Shown: positions 46,890-57,946, counted from the stretch's first letter. The stretch: 64,000 nt of DNA from Promethearchaeia archaeon (GCA_029856045.1 JAHQWG010000016.1:96001-160000), one strand, 5' to 3'. Numbers and translations: made by a program. Notes: generated by a model not told the origin, from the letters alone.

Positions 46890-47780
46890 ATGTTTAAGAA
46901 ATATGGATTTAAAACTACAAAAGAATTAGAAGTAAAAGCTGCTAAGGAGAATTATGCTGTAGGAGCCTTTAATTTTAATAATCTTGAACAAATTTTAGGA
47001 ATAATTAAGGCAGCATCAGAATTGAATAGTCCGGTTATTTTAGCCGCTAGTCATGGTGCAACGAAATATGCAGGGACTATCTTTTTAGTTCACTTAGCAA
47101 TTGCTGCAAAAAAAAAGTTCCCTAATATAGAAATGGCATTACATTTGGATCATGGATTGGATTTTAATAAATGTAAGGAATGCATTGATTTAGGTTTTTC
47201 TTCTGTAATGATAGACGCAAGTAAATATCCATTAAAAGAAAATATAAAGAAATGTAAAGAAGTAGTAGGATATGCACACAAATTTGGAGTATCTGTTGAA
47301 GGAGAGCTTGGTCGTTTATATGGAGTAGAAGATGAGATTAATGTATCTGAAGCTGAATCGGCTATGACAGATCCTAAAGAAGCTGCAGTTTTTAGTGAAG
47401 AATCAGATATTGATTCTTTGGCCATTTCAATTGGAAATTCTCATGGATTATATAAAACTGATAATCCATTCATTGATTTTGAGAGATTAAAGGAAATAAA
47501 GGATTACGTATCAATACCATTAGTATTGCATGGTGCATCTGGAATTCCTGAAGATTCGATTCGCAAAGCTTGCAAAATTGGTATTTCAAAAGTGAATATT
47601 GATACTGAGTGCAGGTTAGCTTTTCGACGAGAGATTGATAAATTTATTTATTCTAATCCATTTGATGATCATAAATCAATAACTTATGATCCAAGAAAAA
47701 TTTTAACTCCTGCACTTGAATCTATTACCGAAGTAATAAAAATGAAAATAAACTGGTTTGGATCAAGAAATAAATTATAA
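46890..47780 (+). CDS. fba: class II fructose-1,6-bisphosphate aldolase
   Basis: YAVGAFN, LHLDHG, SSVMIDAS, VEGELG, LAISIGNSHG, LVLHGASG, KVNIDT. Confidence 0.93.
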   Translation: MFKKYGFKTTKELEVKAAKENYAVGAFNFNNLEQILGIIKAASELNSPVILAASHGATKYAGTIFLVHLAIAAKKKFPNIEMALHLDHGLDFNKCKECIDLGFSSVMIDASKYPLKENIKKCKEVVGYAHKFGVSVEGELGRLYGVEDEINVSEAESAMTDPKEAAVFSEESDIDSLAISIGNSHGLYKTDNPFIDFERLKEIKDYVSIPLVLHGASGIPEDSIRKACKIGISKVNIDTECRLAFRREIDKFIYSNPFDDHKSITYDPRKILTPALESITEVIKMKINWFGSRNKL

Positions 47781-47820
47781 TTTTTTAAAATTTTTAAATC
47801 AAATAAATAAGATATTTACT

Positions 47821-48060
47821 TATACCCCAAGATTTCCACTGTAAAATTAGTATAATTTCTTTTTGGTTTTTTATCAATTTAATATGAAATTATTTAGATG
47901 ATAATATTGAATTGTTTTTTAATTATTAAAAAAACTTAATTGATAAATAAAAAATTATTTATATTATGAAAATAAGAATCTATGGGGGGTATATTTAATT
48001 AATTAATTTAAATATATTATTAGGTGTATATTTAAAAAAATTTCAATGGAAATATAGGAG
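47821..48060. other. ORB-like motifs / long imperfect inverted repeat around an AT-rich core (candidate replication origin)
   Basis: Minus TTTACAGTGGAAATCTTGGGG (47825-47845); plus TGAAAATAAGAATCTATGGGGGG (~47967-47989) and TTTCAATGGAAATATAGGAG (48041-48060). Confidence 0.35.
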
Positions 48061-48145
48061 TCTTTGTTCATTTTTATTTGTCGAAGAATTAATTAAAATA
48101 ATAATTTATTTAAAAAAGATATAAATTAATTTTTCATGTTCACTC

Positions 48146-48430
48146 TTATTCGATATTTAATTTCCAGAAAATTTGAGGTCTACCACGTTCTCCATTATTT
48201 CTTGCAAATTTAGAAACTATATTATTCCTTTGCAATTTTGATAAATTATCAAAAATAGTGGTTCTAGCTTTATCTAATTTTTTCACTAAATCTCGTCTTG
48301 TTAATGGTCCATTTTTATATAGTTCTATTATTATATTATGTTGAAGAGGAGATCCATTTTCTCGTAAATTAAATCTATTTGTTAATAAAGAATTTTTAAA
48401 CATTTTTTTCTTCACTTTTAGAAAATACAA
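48146..48430 (-). CDS. winged-helix transcription regulator (TrmB/ArsR-like)
   Basis: GPLTRRDLVKKLDKARTTIFDNLSKL..GRPQIFW. Confidence 0.8.
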   Translation of the reverse strand: MYFLKVKKKMFKNSLLTNRFNLRENGSPLQHNIIIELYKNGPLTRRDLVKKLDKARTTIFDNLSKLQRNNIVSKFARNNGERGRPQIFWKLNIE

Positions 48431-48618
48431 AAGAAATTTTTTATTCTAAATATATTAAAAATTGTTTAGTATTTAAATGATGCTTATTTACATATAAATA
48501 ACATACTTTTATCATCTCTTCACCATAAGATTTTTAAATGTCGATTTTTGTCTTATTATTAAAAATATAAAATTTAAAAATACAGATTGAAAGAAATTTA
48601 TGTGGTTTTAAATAATTA

Positions 48619-48984
48619 ATGACAGATACTGAAAGAACAACCATAACACTAAGTAATTACCATATGAATATTATCAAAAGTTTAATAGGTATTAAAGGTA
48701 ATACTGCAGCTTCAGTTATAGCCGGAGTTATTGCTTCTTGGATAGATCAAAATTTACAGGAAATTAAAGAACATCTTCAAATGAAAAAGTTAATGTTACC
48801 TCCTTCTGAAGAGGAAATTAATAAGAAATTGAAATTAATTATGGAAAATTTTGAAAAATTAAAAATAGATGATCTCGCAAAGCTATGTAAAATTGATAGA
48901 CAATTAATTATTGAAAATATTGCTTACTGGAGTAAAAAATATAATATTATAATTAGTGGAGATTTTGTAATTAAAAAGAAATAA
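48619..48984 (+). CDS. RHH-like N-terminus fused to a winged-helix-like domain
   Basis: ERTTITLS..II..LIG..G.T.ASVI..WI, then LKIDDLAKLCKID. Confidence 0.6.
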   Translation: MTDTERTTITLSNYHMNIIKSLIGIKGNTAASVIAGVIASWIDQNLQEIKEHLQMKKLMLPPSEEEINKKLKLIMENFEKLKIDDLAKLCKIDRQLIIENIAYWSKKYNIIISGDFVIKKK

Positions 48985-49111
48985 AATGTCTTAAATTATG
49001 TTTTCTATCCTGATAAATTTCAAAATCTTCCCAACCACCACTAAAATCTTTTTTTAGAAGAGAAATAAGAATTAAATCATAAGTTTATATAGATAGATAT
49101 AAAAAATTATT

Positions 49112-50950
49112 GTGCCTAATCTTAAAAGAAAATCAAAAATAATTCTAATTTTGTTTTTTTTAGCACAATTTACTATAATTATTCCAAATGTAATTGCAGT
49201 ACTTCAAATAAATATTTTAAATTTTAATACTGATAAAAATGAATATTTTACAGATGAGGATATAATAATAGAAGCTTCTTGGATTTTAAATTACAATCCA
49301 ATTGAAGAATGGGCCTATGTTCAAATACAACTCTATAATAATCTTGATCAATTGTTATGGTGTTCCGAACAAAATGATAGTATGGGGATTATTAATAAAA
49401 CTTGGAATGTTAATATTTTAGATTTGAATTTTAGTTTTTCTGAAAATCCTATCAATTTTAGTGTTATTTTTTATCTTTTTCATATGGTTGGTGAGGAAAT
49501 TTTTAGTTCAGGTCCCATTGCTACAAAATCTATTCAAATTTCGAAAAAATTAATTTCTTGTTCTTTATTTAATTATAAAGAAAGAATTAATTACGGAGAG
49601 CCTATAGATTTTCAAGCTCTATTCTATAATATCACCGATACTATAACTTATTATCCCGATAATCTTTCAATCACCTTAGAACTGTATAAAGCAAATGAAT
49701 CGGTTTTTAGTCAAAACTATAATACTGTAAATGGATGGATCAATGTTAATATCTCAACTACAACATTTTTAATCGTTGGTAAAATAGAATTAAGATTAAT
49801 TGCATCTGAGAATTCTTTTTATTTTGGCAATGTTTTTAATTATGATTTAGAAGTTGAGCAATTAAATTTATTTTGCTCTCTCTATAATTATATAGAGAAA
49901 ATTAACTATGGTGAGCCTATAGATTTTCAAGCTTTATTCTATAATATCACCGACACTATAACTTATTATCCCGATAATCTTTCAATCACCTTAGAATTGT
50001 ATAAAGCAAATGAATCGGTTTTTAGTCAAAACTATAATACTGTAAATGGATGGATCAATGTTAATATCTCAACTACAACATTTTTAATTGTAGGTGAAAT
50101 AGAATTAAGATTAATTGCATCTGAGAATTCTTTTTATTTTGGCAATGTTTTTAATTATGATTTAGAAGTTGGGCAATTAGATTTATTTTGCTCTCTCTAT
50201 AATTATATAGAGAAAATTAACTATGGTGAGCCTATAGATTTTCAAGCTTTATTCTATAATATCACCGACACTATAACTTATTATCCCGATAATCTTTCAA
50301 TCACCTTAGAATTGTATAAAGCAAATGAATCGGTTTTTAGTCAAAACTATAATACTGTAAATGGATGGATCAATGTTAATATCTCAACTACAACATTTTT
50401 AATTGTAGGTGAAATAGAATTAAGATTAATTGCATCTGAGAATTCTTTTTATTTTGACAATATTTTTAGCTACAGTTTGAAAGTTCAAAAGTTGGGATTA
50501 AACTATTATATTAATGAATATGATAAAAATATAAAATATCAAGAAGATATCCCAATCATCATAAGATTTTTCAATCGTAGTAATGGTCAAATTCGATATC
50601 TAGAAATTTTTAATATTAGCATGAAAATTTTTTCAAATAATATTATGATTTACAATAATTTTTATAATAGTGATAAAAATGGGACTCTCATTATAGTAAT
50701 TCCTAGTGAAATATTTGAAGAGAATGGAGAAATATCAATTAACATCAACATTTTCAATAATTCATACTACAAAGATCTATCAATTAAATTAATATTAAAT
50801 GACCAAAATGAAAATAATTTGATCTTCAATTTGAATAATCTAATCTTAATTTTAGTTGTTAGTATTTTTAGTGGTGCAGGAACTTTTTTTATTTTCCTAA
50901 GAAAGAGAAAAATTAATAAAAATTTATTTGAGATAACATTCAAACATTAA
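49112..50950 (+). CDS. cell-surface glycoprotein with three near-identical 105-aa beta-rich repeats
   Basis: Signal peptide, many NxS/T sequons, C-terminal TM plus RKRK. Confidence 0.8.
   Translation: MPNLKRKSKIILILFFLAQFTIIIPNVIAVLQINILNFNTDKNEYFTDEDIIIEASWILNYNPIEEWAYVQIQLYNNLDQLLWCSEQNDSMGIINKTWNVNILDLNFSFSENPINFSVIFYLFHMVGEEIFSSGPIATKSIQISKKLISCSLFNYKERINYGEPIDFQALFYNITDTITYYPDNLSITLELYKANESVFSQNYNTVNGWINVNISTTTFLIVGKIELRLIASENSFYFGNVFNYDLEVEQLNLFCSLYNYIEKINYGEPIDFQALFYNITDTITYYPDNLSITLELYKANESVFSQNYNTVNGWINVNISTTTFLIVGEIELRLIASENSFYFGNVFNYDLEVGQLDLFCSLYNYIEKINYGEPIDFQALFYNITDTITYYPDNLSITLELYKANESVFSQNYNTVNGWINVNISTTTFLIVGEIELRLIASENSFYFDNIFSYSLKVQKLGLNYYINEYDKNIKYQEDIPIIIRFFNRSNGQIRYLEIFNISMKIFSNNIMIYNNFYNSDKNGTLIIVIPSEIFEENGEISININIFNNSYYKDLSIKLILNDQNENNLIFNLNNLILILVVSIFSGAGTFFIFLRKRKINKNLFEITFKH
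49559..50503 (+). repeat. 3 x 315-nt tandem repeat
   Basis: gagcctatagattttcaagc at 49598, 49913 and 50228; third copy diverges after ~50460. Confidence 0.95.
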
Positions 50951-50986
50951 AAAAATTTAAAAAAATCAAATTAATTAATCTAAAAT

Positions 50987-52789
50987 TTATGAGACATAAT
51001 AAAATTCATTTATTTTTTTCTGATATTCATCTTTTGTACTTCCTGGTTTATTAACTCTAGGTCGTTTTGTCAAATTATCTCGTCTAAATGTAATATCCAT
51101 AATTTTAAGAAATTTATTAAAACCATCTCTTAAATCCAATGGAACTGAAGCAACTCCTTTTATTCCTGGAATCCCCTCAAAAATCAAAATTGAATCTGCA
51201 ATGAAATCTTGTGTAACTATATCATGTTCGACAACAAAAGCTGCTTTTTTCAGCTCTTCAATAACTTTTCTAATTAATTGAGCTACATTTAATCTCATTT
51301 CAACATCTAAAAAAGCACAGGGTTCGTCTATTAAAAAAAGATCTGCTTCTTCAGCCAAACATTTTGCTATTTCAACACGTTGTAACTCACCTCCACTTAA
51401 TTCAGTAATTTTTCTTTGTTCAATATTTCGTAAATTGAGATTATTGATTAAACGTTTTATTATAGGTGGAGATAAATGAGGTTTTGATATAATATTAGAT
51501 ATTATATTTTTAACCGTTAGATCTTGTTCTGGTTTAATATATTGTGGTTTTATTGATATTAAAAGTTCGTTAGATTCTTTTTGAGAAATATTTTTTTTAA
51601 AATTCCCTTGATTGGCTATAAGATTAATGAAAGTAGTCTTCCCAATTGCGTTTGGCCCCAAAATCCCAATAACCTCACCTAAATGTATCTCACTACCCGA
51701 TACCTTTAAATGAAATTCGCCCATGTGTGTTTCTGAATCATTATACGAAAAAAGAACTTCTCCTTTATCAAAGGAAGAAATTTGTGGAGGACGGACATGG
51801 AAAATTATCGGTAATTCTCTAATACGCATATTTTCATCTTTGATATATCCTTGTAGATAAATGTTTATTCCATTACGTACACTTTGAGGGTGTGAAACTA
51901 TTCCATACACTCCAGGTTTTCCGTAAAAAATTGAAACGTAGTCACTTAAATAATCTAAGATAGCTAGGTCATGCTCAACAACTACGATTGTTTTTCCATT
52001 TTCTGCTAAAGATCTAATAATTCTTGCTACTTTTATTCGTTCACTTACGTCTAAATATGATGTTGGCTCGTCTATTAAATAAACATCTCCATCTCTTAAA
52101 AATGCAACTGCTATTAATATTCTCTGTAATTCTCCTCCGGACAAAACGGAAATTTCCCTATCTAAAATTTTTCCTAAATTTAATTTTTTAATAATTTCAT
52201 CTAAATAATTACTATTACTTATTCCTTTCAAGATATCTTCTACTTTTCCTGAAATCCTTTTGGGAATATCAGTAATATTTTGGGGTTTATGAATTATCTT
52301 AATATTTTTTTCCCTTAAATCAGTAAAATATCCTTGTAATTCTGAACCTTTAAACTGATTTATAATTTTATTCCAATCTGGAGCATCATTATCGAATTTG
52401 CCTAAATTAAGAATTATTTCTCCAGCTAAAATTTTTAACATAGTACTTTTTCCACAACCATTTGGTCCAATTAAACCCAAAACACTTCCCTTCTTAGGTA
52501 TTGCCATACGAAAAAGAGCAAAACCATCTGTAGCATACCTATAAGATATTTCATTTTTCAATGGATCAGGTAAATTTATTATGCTGATACTATTAAACGG
52601 ACACTTTTTAACACAAATTCCGCATCCTGAGCACAAATTTTCAAAAATCTCAATTTTTTTCTCATTTAATAGAATTATTGTTTTAACACCCGTTCTCACC
52701 ATAGGACAATATTTTATACAGGGTTTTTGACCAAATGGACTACATTTATGTGGTTTGCATGTCTCTCTATTAAGAACGGCTATTCGCAT
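50987..52789 (-). CDS. ribosome recycling ATPase ABCE1/Rli1
   Basis: N-terminal Fe-S Cys motifs (C.GCGICVKKCPF), two ABC cassettes, RPRVNK.GS.KD. Confidence 0.96.
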   Translation of the reverse strand: MRIAVLNRETCKPHKCSPFGQKPCIKYCPMVRTGVKTIILLNEKKIEIFENLCSGCGICVKKCPFNSISIINLPDPLKNEISYRYATDGFALFRMAIPKKGSVLGLIGPNGCGKSTMLKILAGEIILNLGKFDNDAPDWNKIINQFKGSELQGYFTDLREKNIKIIHKPQNITDIPKRISGKVEDILKGISNSNYLDEIIKKLNLGKILDREISVLSGGELQRILIAVAFLRDGDVYLIDEPTSYLDVSERIKVARIIRSLAENGKTIVVVEHDLAILDYLSDYVSIFYGKPGVYGIVSHPQSVRNGINIYLQGYIKDENMRIRELPIIFHVRPPQISSFDKGEVLFSYNDSETHMGEFHLKVSGSEIHLGEVIGILGPNAIGKTTFINLIANQGNFKKNISQKESNELLISIKPQYIKPEQDLTVKNIISNIISKPHLSPPIIKRLINNLNLRNIEQRKITELSGGELQRVEIAKCLAEEADLFLIDEPCAFLDVEMRLNVAQLIRKVIEELKKAAFVVEHDIVTQDFIADSILIFEGIPGIKGVASVPLDLRDGFNKFLKIMDITFRRDNLTKRPRVNKPGSTKDEYQKKINEFYYVS

Positions 52790-52892
52790 ATTAAATTACC
52801 CTTTAATTATACTTAAAAACTAAAAATTAAATTTGTCTAAAAACTTTTATCTTTATATTAATAAAGAATTTATAAATTATAATTAAAATTCA

Positions 52893-54611
52893 TTGAGGAT
52901 TTTGCATAAAGAGTACCCTATTCACTGGCTTGAAGAAATTATCAATAAAATTCAGGACAAAAATTTATTAGAAATTACTTTAGCTACTGGCAAAACCCCC
53001 TCTGGACATATTCATATGGGGATTTTAAGAGAACTAATAATATGTGATTCAATTCGTAGAAAATTAGAGGAAAATAGAAAAAAGGTAAATTTTTTCTTAT
53101 TTATTGATAGTTTAGATGCTGCTAAACGATTTCCTGAATATATTGATAAAACTTTTACTAAAAAATATTTAGGAAAACCATTCTCGAAAATTCCGTGTCC
53201 AGTAGATGAAACAGGTTATAATAGCTATGCTGATTATTTTGGAACAGAACTCCTCTCGACCTTTAAACAATTTGGAATAAAAGCTGATGTAATTTGGACT
53301 CATGAATTATATCAAGATACAATAATGAAGGAGAAGATAAGAATCTCATTAAACAATACTGATAAAATCAAAGAGATAGTTAGAAAAAATATTTTACCAA
53401 CTTTAGACGAAAGAAATAGAAAATTATTTATAGATACTCAAAAGAATTGGTTTCCAGCAATGGTTATTTGCGAAAAATGCGGCAAAATGCAAAAAATAGA
53501 TGATGATAATTCAATAAAACCTAATCGTGTTTTATCTTATGATAAAAATAAAGATACTGTTACCTATTATTGCACATCATGCGGTAATAGCGGAGAAATT
53601 CCAATTAATATAGGAGAATTAAAATTAAATTGGCGGGTTGATTGGCCTGCTAAATGGGCAATATTTGAAACTACTTGTGAACCTGCAGGGAAAGACCACA
53701 GTGTAAAAGGAGGATCTTATGACACGGGTTTGGAAATATGTAAAGCTATTTTCAATTATGATGGACCAATCAAATTAAGTTATGAATGGTTAAGATTGGG
53801 CGATCAGGATATGAAAACATCAAAGGGAATAATCTTTACACCAAAAAAATACCTTGAAATAGCTGATCCCGAAATTTTACGTATGGTATTTTTAAGAACT
53901 CCTCCAAATAAACACATTTCATTTAGAATTGAAGAATTATATCAACTTTACGACTCTTATGAAAAAATGGAAAACGTTTATTATAATTTAGAACCTGCTA
54001 ATTCAGAAACAGAAGAAAAAGTTCTAAAATACATTTATCCACTTTGTCAAATAAATAGTATTTCAGCGAAAAAACCTCTTAGATTACCTTTTAAATATTT
54101 AACTACTATAGTACAATTAAAAAACATACTTAAAATCGAGGAAATCTATGAAAAAGCAAAAAATATTTTAAGATATAAAGGTTTTAATGAGAATCTTCCT
54201 TTTAATGACTTTAAAATACAATTAAATAGGGCAGAAAAATGGATAAACGAAATTAAAGATATTTTTAAAAATGAAAAAAATGAATCCATTAAAAAAAAAA
54301 TATTGAAAAAAGTAACAATATTTGAAGTCCCTGATACCGTTACAGAAGATATCAAAAATAATTTAAGTCCCACTCAAAAATTAGGAATAAAATTATTAAA
54401 GATGTTTTTAATCTCAAATAAGGATTTAAGTGATGAAGTAATTCAAAATAAAATTTTTGATATAGCTAAAAATGAATTAAAAATTAAACCCCAGAAGTTA
54501 TTTAAAGCAATTTATTTAATAATAATAGGAAAAGAATTTGGTCCAAGATTAGGCCCATTTCTTCTAATGTTAGATAAACATTGGTTAATAAATCGTTTAT
54601 CTATTGAATGA
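52893..54611 (+). CDS. lysS: lysyl-tRNA synthetase class I
   Basis: TGKTPSGHIHMG, KLNWRVDWPAKW, EPAGKDH..GGSY, MKTSKG, GPRLG. Confidence 0.96.
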   Translation: MRILHKEYPIHWLEEIINKIQDKNLLEITLATGKTPSGHIHMGILRELIICDSIRRKLEENRKKVNFFLFIDSLDAAKRFPEYIDKTFTKKYLGKPFSKIPCPVDETGYNSYADYFGTELLSTFKQFGIKADVIWTHELYQDTIMKEKIRISLNNTDKIKEIVRKNILPTLDERNRKLFIDTQKNWFPAMVICEKCGKMQKIDDDNSIKPNRVLSYDKNKDTVTYYCTSCGNSGEIPINIGELKLNWRVDWPAKWAIFETTCEPAGKDHSVKGGSYDTGLEICKAIFNYDGPIKLSYEWLRLGDQDMKTSKGIIFTPKKYLEIADPEILRMVFLRTPPNKHISFRIEELYQLYDSYEKMENVYYNLEPANSETEEKVLKYIYPLCQINSISAKKPLRLPFKYLTTIVQLKNILKIEEIYEKAKNILRYKGFNENLPFNDFKIQLNRAEKWINEIKDIFKNEKNESIKKKILKKVTIFEVPDTVTEDIKNNLSPTQKLGIKLLKMFLISNKDLSDEVIQNKIFDIAKNELKIKPQKLFKAIYLIIIGKEFGPRLGPFLLMLDKHWLINRLSIE

Positions 54612-54661
54612 AAAGTTTTTTTACAGATTCATTTTTTGTTGTGCTTTTTCTGTTATTTTTT

Positions 54662-54859
54662 TTAAACTTTCTTTCTAATTTTATTCTTAAATCGTTTAAA
54701 TATTGATCCTTTCATTTCTTTTTCTTCTTTTTCTTGCTTGATTTTTTGGGAGCATTTATCACAATATTCTTTGGTTTCTGAAATCATCGTGTTGCATTTT
54801 AGGCAATGCTTATGTGGATAGATCCATTCATTTTTTTTATACTTTTCAAACTTACTCAA
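54662..54859 (-). CDS. DUF2116-like small Zn-ribbon protein
   Basis: PHKHCLKC..I....EYC..C; SD AAGGTGA upstream. Confidence 0.65.
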   Translation of the reverse strand: MSKFEKYKKNEWIYPHKHCLKCNTMISETKEYCDKCSQKIKQEKEEKEMKGSIFKRFKNKIRKKV

Positions 54860-54938
54860 AACAGATTCACCTTATCATAAAATAATTTAGCTAATTAAAA
54901 AAATTATTGACTTTTTAAAGGATTTATTAAAATAATGA

Positions 54939-55565
54939 TTGATGATTGAAAAAAAAATATTTAAGGAAATCTTATTTTCTTTTAAATTAATTTTAATTTT
55001 AATAATTATATTAATGCCTTTTTTGCTTTTTAAAGAAAATTTATATGTAATTACTTCAAATTCAATGTATCCTAATCTAAACATTGGAGACCTTATTTAT
55101 GTAGAAAAAAAAAATAGCTCAAATATAAAAGTTGGATTTAATGAGGGAGACATCTTAGTTATCCAAGGTCCTGATTATTATTATGAAAATGGTTTAAATC
55201 CTATTTTTTTTAACAATTTATTGAATAATACTCCAATCATTCATCGAGTAGTGGGGAAAATACAAAAAAATGAAAAATATTATTTTTTATTAAAAGGAGA
55301 TAATAATCTTTTAGTTGATGGAGCCTATAAATTAATTAATAGTTCTGAAGATTATAGTTATTTTTTCATTGAATATAACAAATCAGATGCTATATATGTT
55401 AGCGAAGATGAAGTTTTAGGAGTGTTTATATTCAAAATTCCTTATATTGGGTATTTAAAAATATTTTTTCCGTATATTTTGATTTTTGTTATCTCTATAA
55501 TCATAATATTAATCTGGTTAAAATTAACTGGTTATAAAATTAAAATAATTAAAACCAAATCTTAA
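54939..55565 (+). CDS. signal peptidase I, Sec11/S26B type
   Basis: VITSNSMYPNL..GDL, PIIHRV, KGDNN..D, IPYIGY. Confidence 0.88.
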   Translation: MMIEKKIFKEILFSFKLILILIIILMPFLLFKENLYVITSNSMYPNLNIGDLIYVEKKNSSNIKVGFNEGDILVIQGPDYYYENGLNPIFFNNLLNNTPIIHRVVGKIQKNEKYYFLLKGDNNLLVDGAYKLINSSEDYSYFFIEYNKSDAIYVSEDEVLGVFIFKIPYIGYLKIFFPYILIFVISIIIILIWLKLTGYKIKIIKTKS

Positions 55566-55623
55566 TTAAAATCACGAAATTCTTCGGAATTTAAAATATT
55601 CTTTCTAAATTGAATATAGAATA

Positions 55624-56808
55624 ATGATAAAAAAAGGAAAATATAATCTTTTCTCTTTTTCTATAGAAAATGAAATGATTATATATTATAGTAAAAACAG
55701 AATGAAAAAATTGGTTATTTTTAATCTTCTGAAAACAAATAACTTAGAAAAGATGATTCCGCTTTTAAACACCTTATTAAAGAAGGGTTTGATAAAATAT
55801 TATTCCATTCAATTTTTAAATAAAAATCATCTAAAAACTTTTATTTTATTAAATTACCAAAATAAGACAAAAGAGAATATTTTAAAGTCTATAAATAAAA
55901 TTAAGGAAGAAATAAAAGAATATACAATAAAAAAACCTTTACATATAGAATTTTTAACTGATAATGAATTGAAGAGAGAGTTTATCAATATCATTCTTGA
56001 AGAGGATTTAGATAAAACTCTAAAAATAAATATTAGAAAAAAATTCTGTGTTATAAGAAATAATAAAAATATTCAATCTATTAAATTATATTCATTATAT
56101 TTTATTCAGGATACGCTAATTGAGTCTATTTTAAATATATTTTTCAACCTTATTACTGATTTAGGAATAAAAGGAAATTTAATTTTAAATTTTAAATTAA
56201 AAAATGGAAATATCATTTTTTCCTCATTTTTTGTTAAATATTCTTATAATAAAGAGATAGCCTCTAAAAATGTTGAAACTGTAAATGAATTTATTTCTAA
56301 TGAATTATACATAAAGGAGCAGAAAATTAAAATAAATATGATTGGATATATATTATGGAGATTAAATTTTACTAAAAATTATTCAGATTATGATAAAAAT
56401 AAAGGCTTAGTATTCTCTTTATGTAGTGTTATTAATCAAAATGAAAAACCATCGGTCTTAAATGGACAAAAAAGATCATTATCGCCAATAAGTAAAAATT
56501 TTATGACTCTTCTCATAGAATTTCTAAAAAGAAATAATATTGAGTTTAATAAAAAAGATTCCCACCTAATAGAAATAAAGAATCAATATATAATTTTATC
56601 AATTGATGATTTTAATCCATTAATAATCAATGATATCTTCCAAAAATATTATCAAAATCGAATTATTTATATTATATTGCATGATTTATTCTTTTTCAAA
56701 AAGTTAGTATTAGAAACAAAAATCACTAATCTTTTAGGAGTTAAAATATTCAATCCAATAAGCTTCATTAAATTTTTGAAAAAAGCAAATTCATTAATGA
56801 TTTATTAA
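55624..56808 (+). CDS. hypothetical protein
   Basis: 394-aa ORF; no motif recognised. Confidence 0.65.
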   Translation: MIKKGKYNLFSFSIENEMIIYYSKNRMKKLVIFNLLKTNNLEKMIPLLNTLLKKGLIKYYSIQFLNKNHLKTFILLNYQNKTKENILKSINKIKEEIKEYTIKKPLHIEFLTDNELKREFINIILEEDLDKTLKINIRKKFCVIRNNKNIQSIKLYSLYFIQDTLIESILNIFFNLITDLGIKGNLILNFKLKNGNIIFSSFFVKYSYNKEIASKNVETVNEFISNELYIKEQKIKINMIGYILWRLNFTKNYSDYDKNKGLVFSLCSVINQNEKPSVLNGQKRSLSPISKNFMTLLIEFLKRNNIEFNKKDSHLIEIKNQYIILSIDDFNPLIINDIFQKYYQNRIIYIILHDLFFFKKLVLETKITNLLGVKIFNPISFIKFLKKANSLMIY

Positions 56809-56876
56809 ATTATATGCTTTGTTCAAAACAATCAATATTTTAACTTGAGAAAAGTGATATTAGTAATTAAAAACAA

Positions 56877-57140
56877 CTAAAAAATTCCTAAATCTATAGC
56901 GAGATCAGAGGCTGAGTTATCTGGGTGAAGTTTAATAAACGCTTTTTTTTTCCCATCAGGTGTTATTAGAGTATTTATTTTTACAACTTTAACTTTATGT
57001 ATTCGTTCAATTGCCTTTTTAATTTGATTTTTATTTGCTTTTCTTTCTACATAAAAAACTAGTTTGTTTTCATTTTCTATTAAATCAAATGTATTTTCAG
57101 TTATCAATGGCTTTTTAATAATTTTATAATCATTTTCCAT
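56877..57140 (-). CDS. rpl23: 50S ribosomal protein uL23
   Basis: IIKKPLITE, ENKLVFYV..KANK..IK, INTLITPDGKKKAFIKL. Confidence 0.96.
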   Translation of the reverse strand: MENDYKIIKKPLITENTFDLIENENKLVFYVERKANKNQIKKAIERIHKVKVVKINTLITPDGKKKAFIKLHPDNSASDLAIDLGIF

Positions 57141-57144
57141 AAAA

Positions 57145-57933
57145 TTACACCAATATTTTTAATTGATTTAAATCATTGAAAGCATTTTGTGCCCATAATA
57201 CTAGTCTCCCTGGAATTCCACCAGGGGCAAAATCAATAGTTGATACATTATTTATATTTTTAATATCTACTCCAGGAATATTTCTTGCGGCTTTATATAT
57301 CCCAAAATCTTCTTTTATGATGATCAAAATACCTTTTTTATTTTTATATTTCCTACCTCTCCTTTTACCTTTACCAGCTCTAATTTTTTTTCCTTTTTTA
57401 AAACGTTTAATCTCATTCTCTAATCCTAATTTTGTAAAGATTTCCATTATTTTTTTAGTATTTTTTATAGTTTGAATTTTATCATCTATAACTAACGGAA
57501 TTTCAGGGATATTTTCAATAGAATACCCTCTTTTTTTGACCCAATTTATATCACCAGAGGCAGAAATTGATGATATTAATGCAATTGATTTTTCTTTTTT
57601 ATTTATTTTTTTAACTATTTTTTTTATGGGTTTTGGAGCATGTGCTAATCTCCCTCCTTTTGCGGAAGGAATAAATCCTGCATTTCTTGAAGTTAAAAAT
57701 CCTGAACCTTGAATCCTGGGCACTCTAGCCATCCCAAACCCAGTTCCCCAGCTACGAGCAGTATTTCTTTTACCAGCAAGGGGATCTTTTCCTTGTTTTT
57801 GTTTACTTTGACTAAAATGGGCATTTATTGCTCTTTGAATCAAATATAACTTTGGTTTTTCCTTAAATATCTGTGGTATCGAAATTGATTCTTTAGGTTT
57901 TCCATTTAAATTGTAAATATTTATTTTTTCCAT
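57145..57933 (-). CDS. rpl4: 50S ribosomal protein uL4
   Basis: AGKR.TA.SWGTGFGMARVPR, GGRLAH.P, RAGKGKRRGRKY, APGG.PGRL. Confidence 0.96.
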   Translation of the reverse strand: MEKINIYNLNGKPKESISIPQIFKEKPKLYLIQRAINAHFSQSKQKQGKDPLAGKRNTARSWGTGFGMARVPRIQGSGFLTSRNAGFIPSAKGGRLAHAPKPIKKIVKKINKKEKSIALISSISASGDINWVKKRGYSIENIPEIPLVIDDKIQTIKNTKKIMEIFTKLGLENEIKRFKKGKKIRAGKGKRRGRKYKNKKGILIIIKEDFGIYKAARNIPGVDIKNINNVSTIDFAPGGIPGRLVLWAQNAFNDLNQLKILV

Positions 57934-57946
57934 AATGCATCAATTC

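Noticed and set aside
49559-50503. CRISPR or mobile-element repeat
   Set aside because: In-frame 315-nt coding repeats with no spacers
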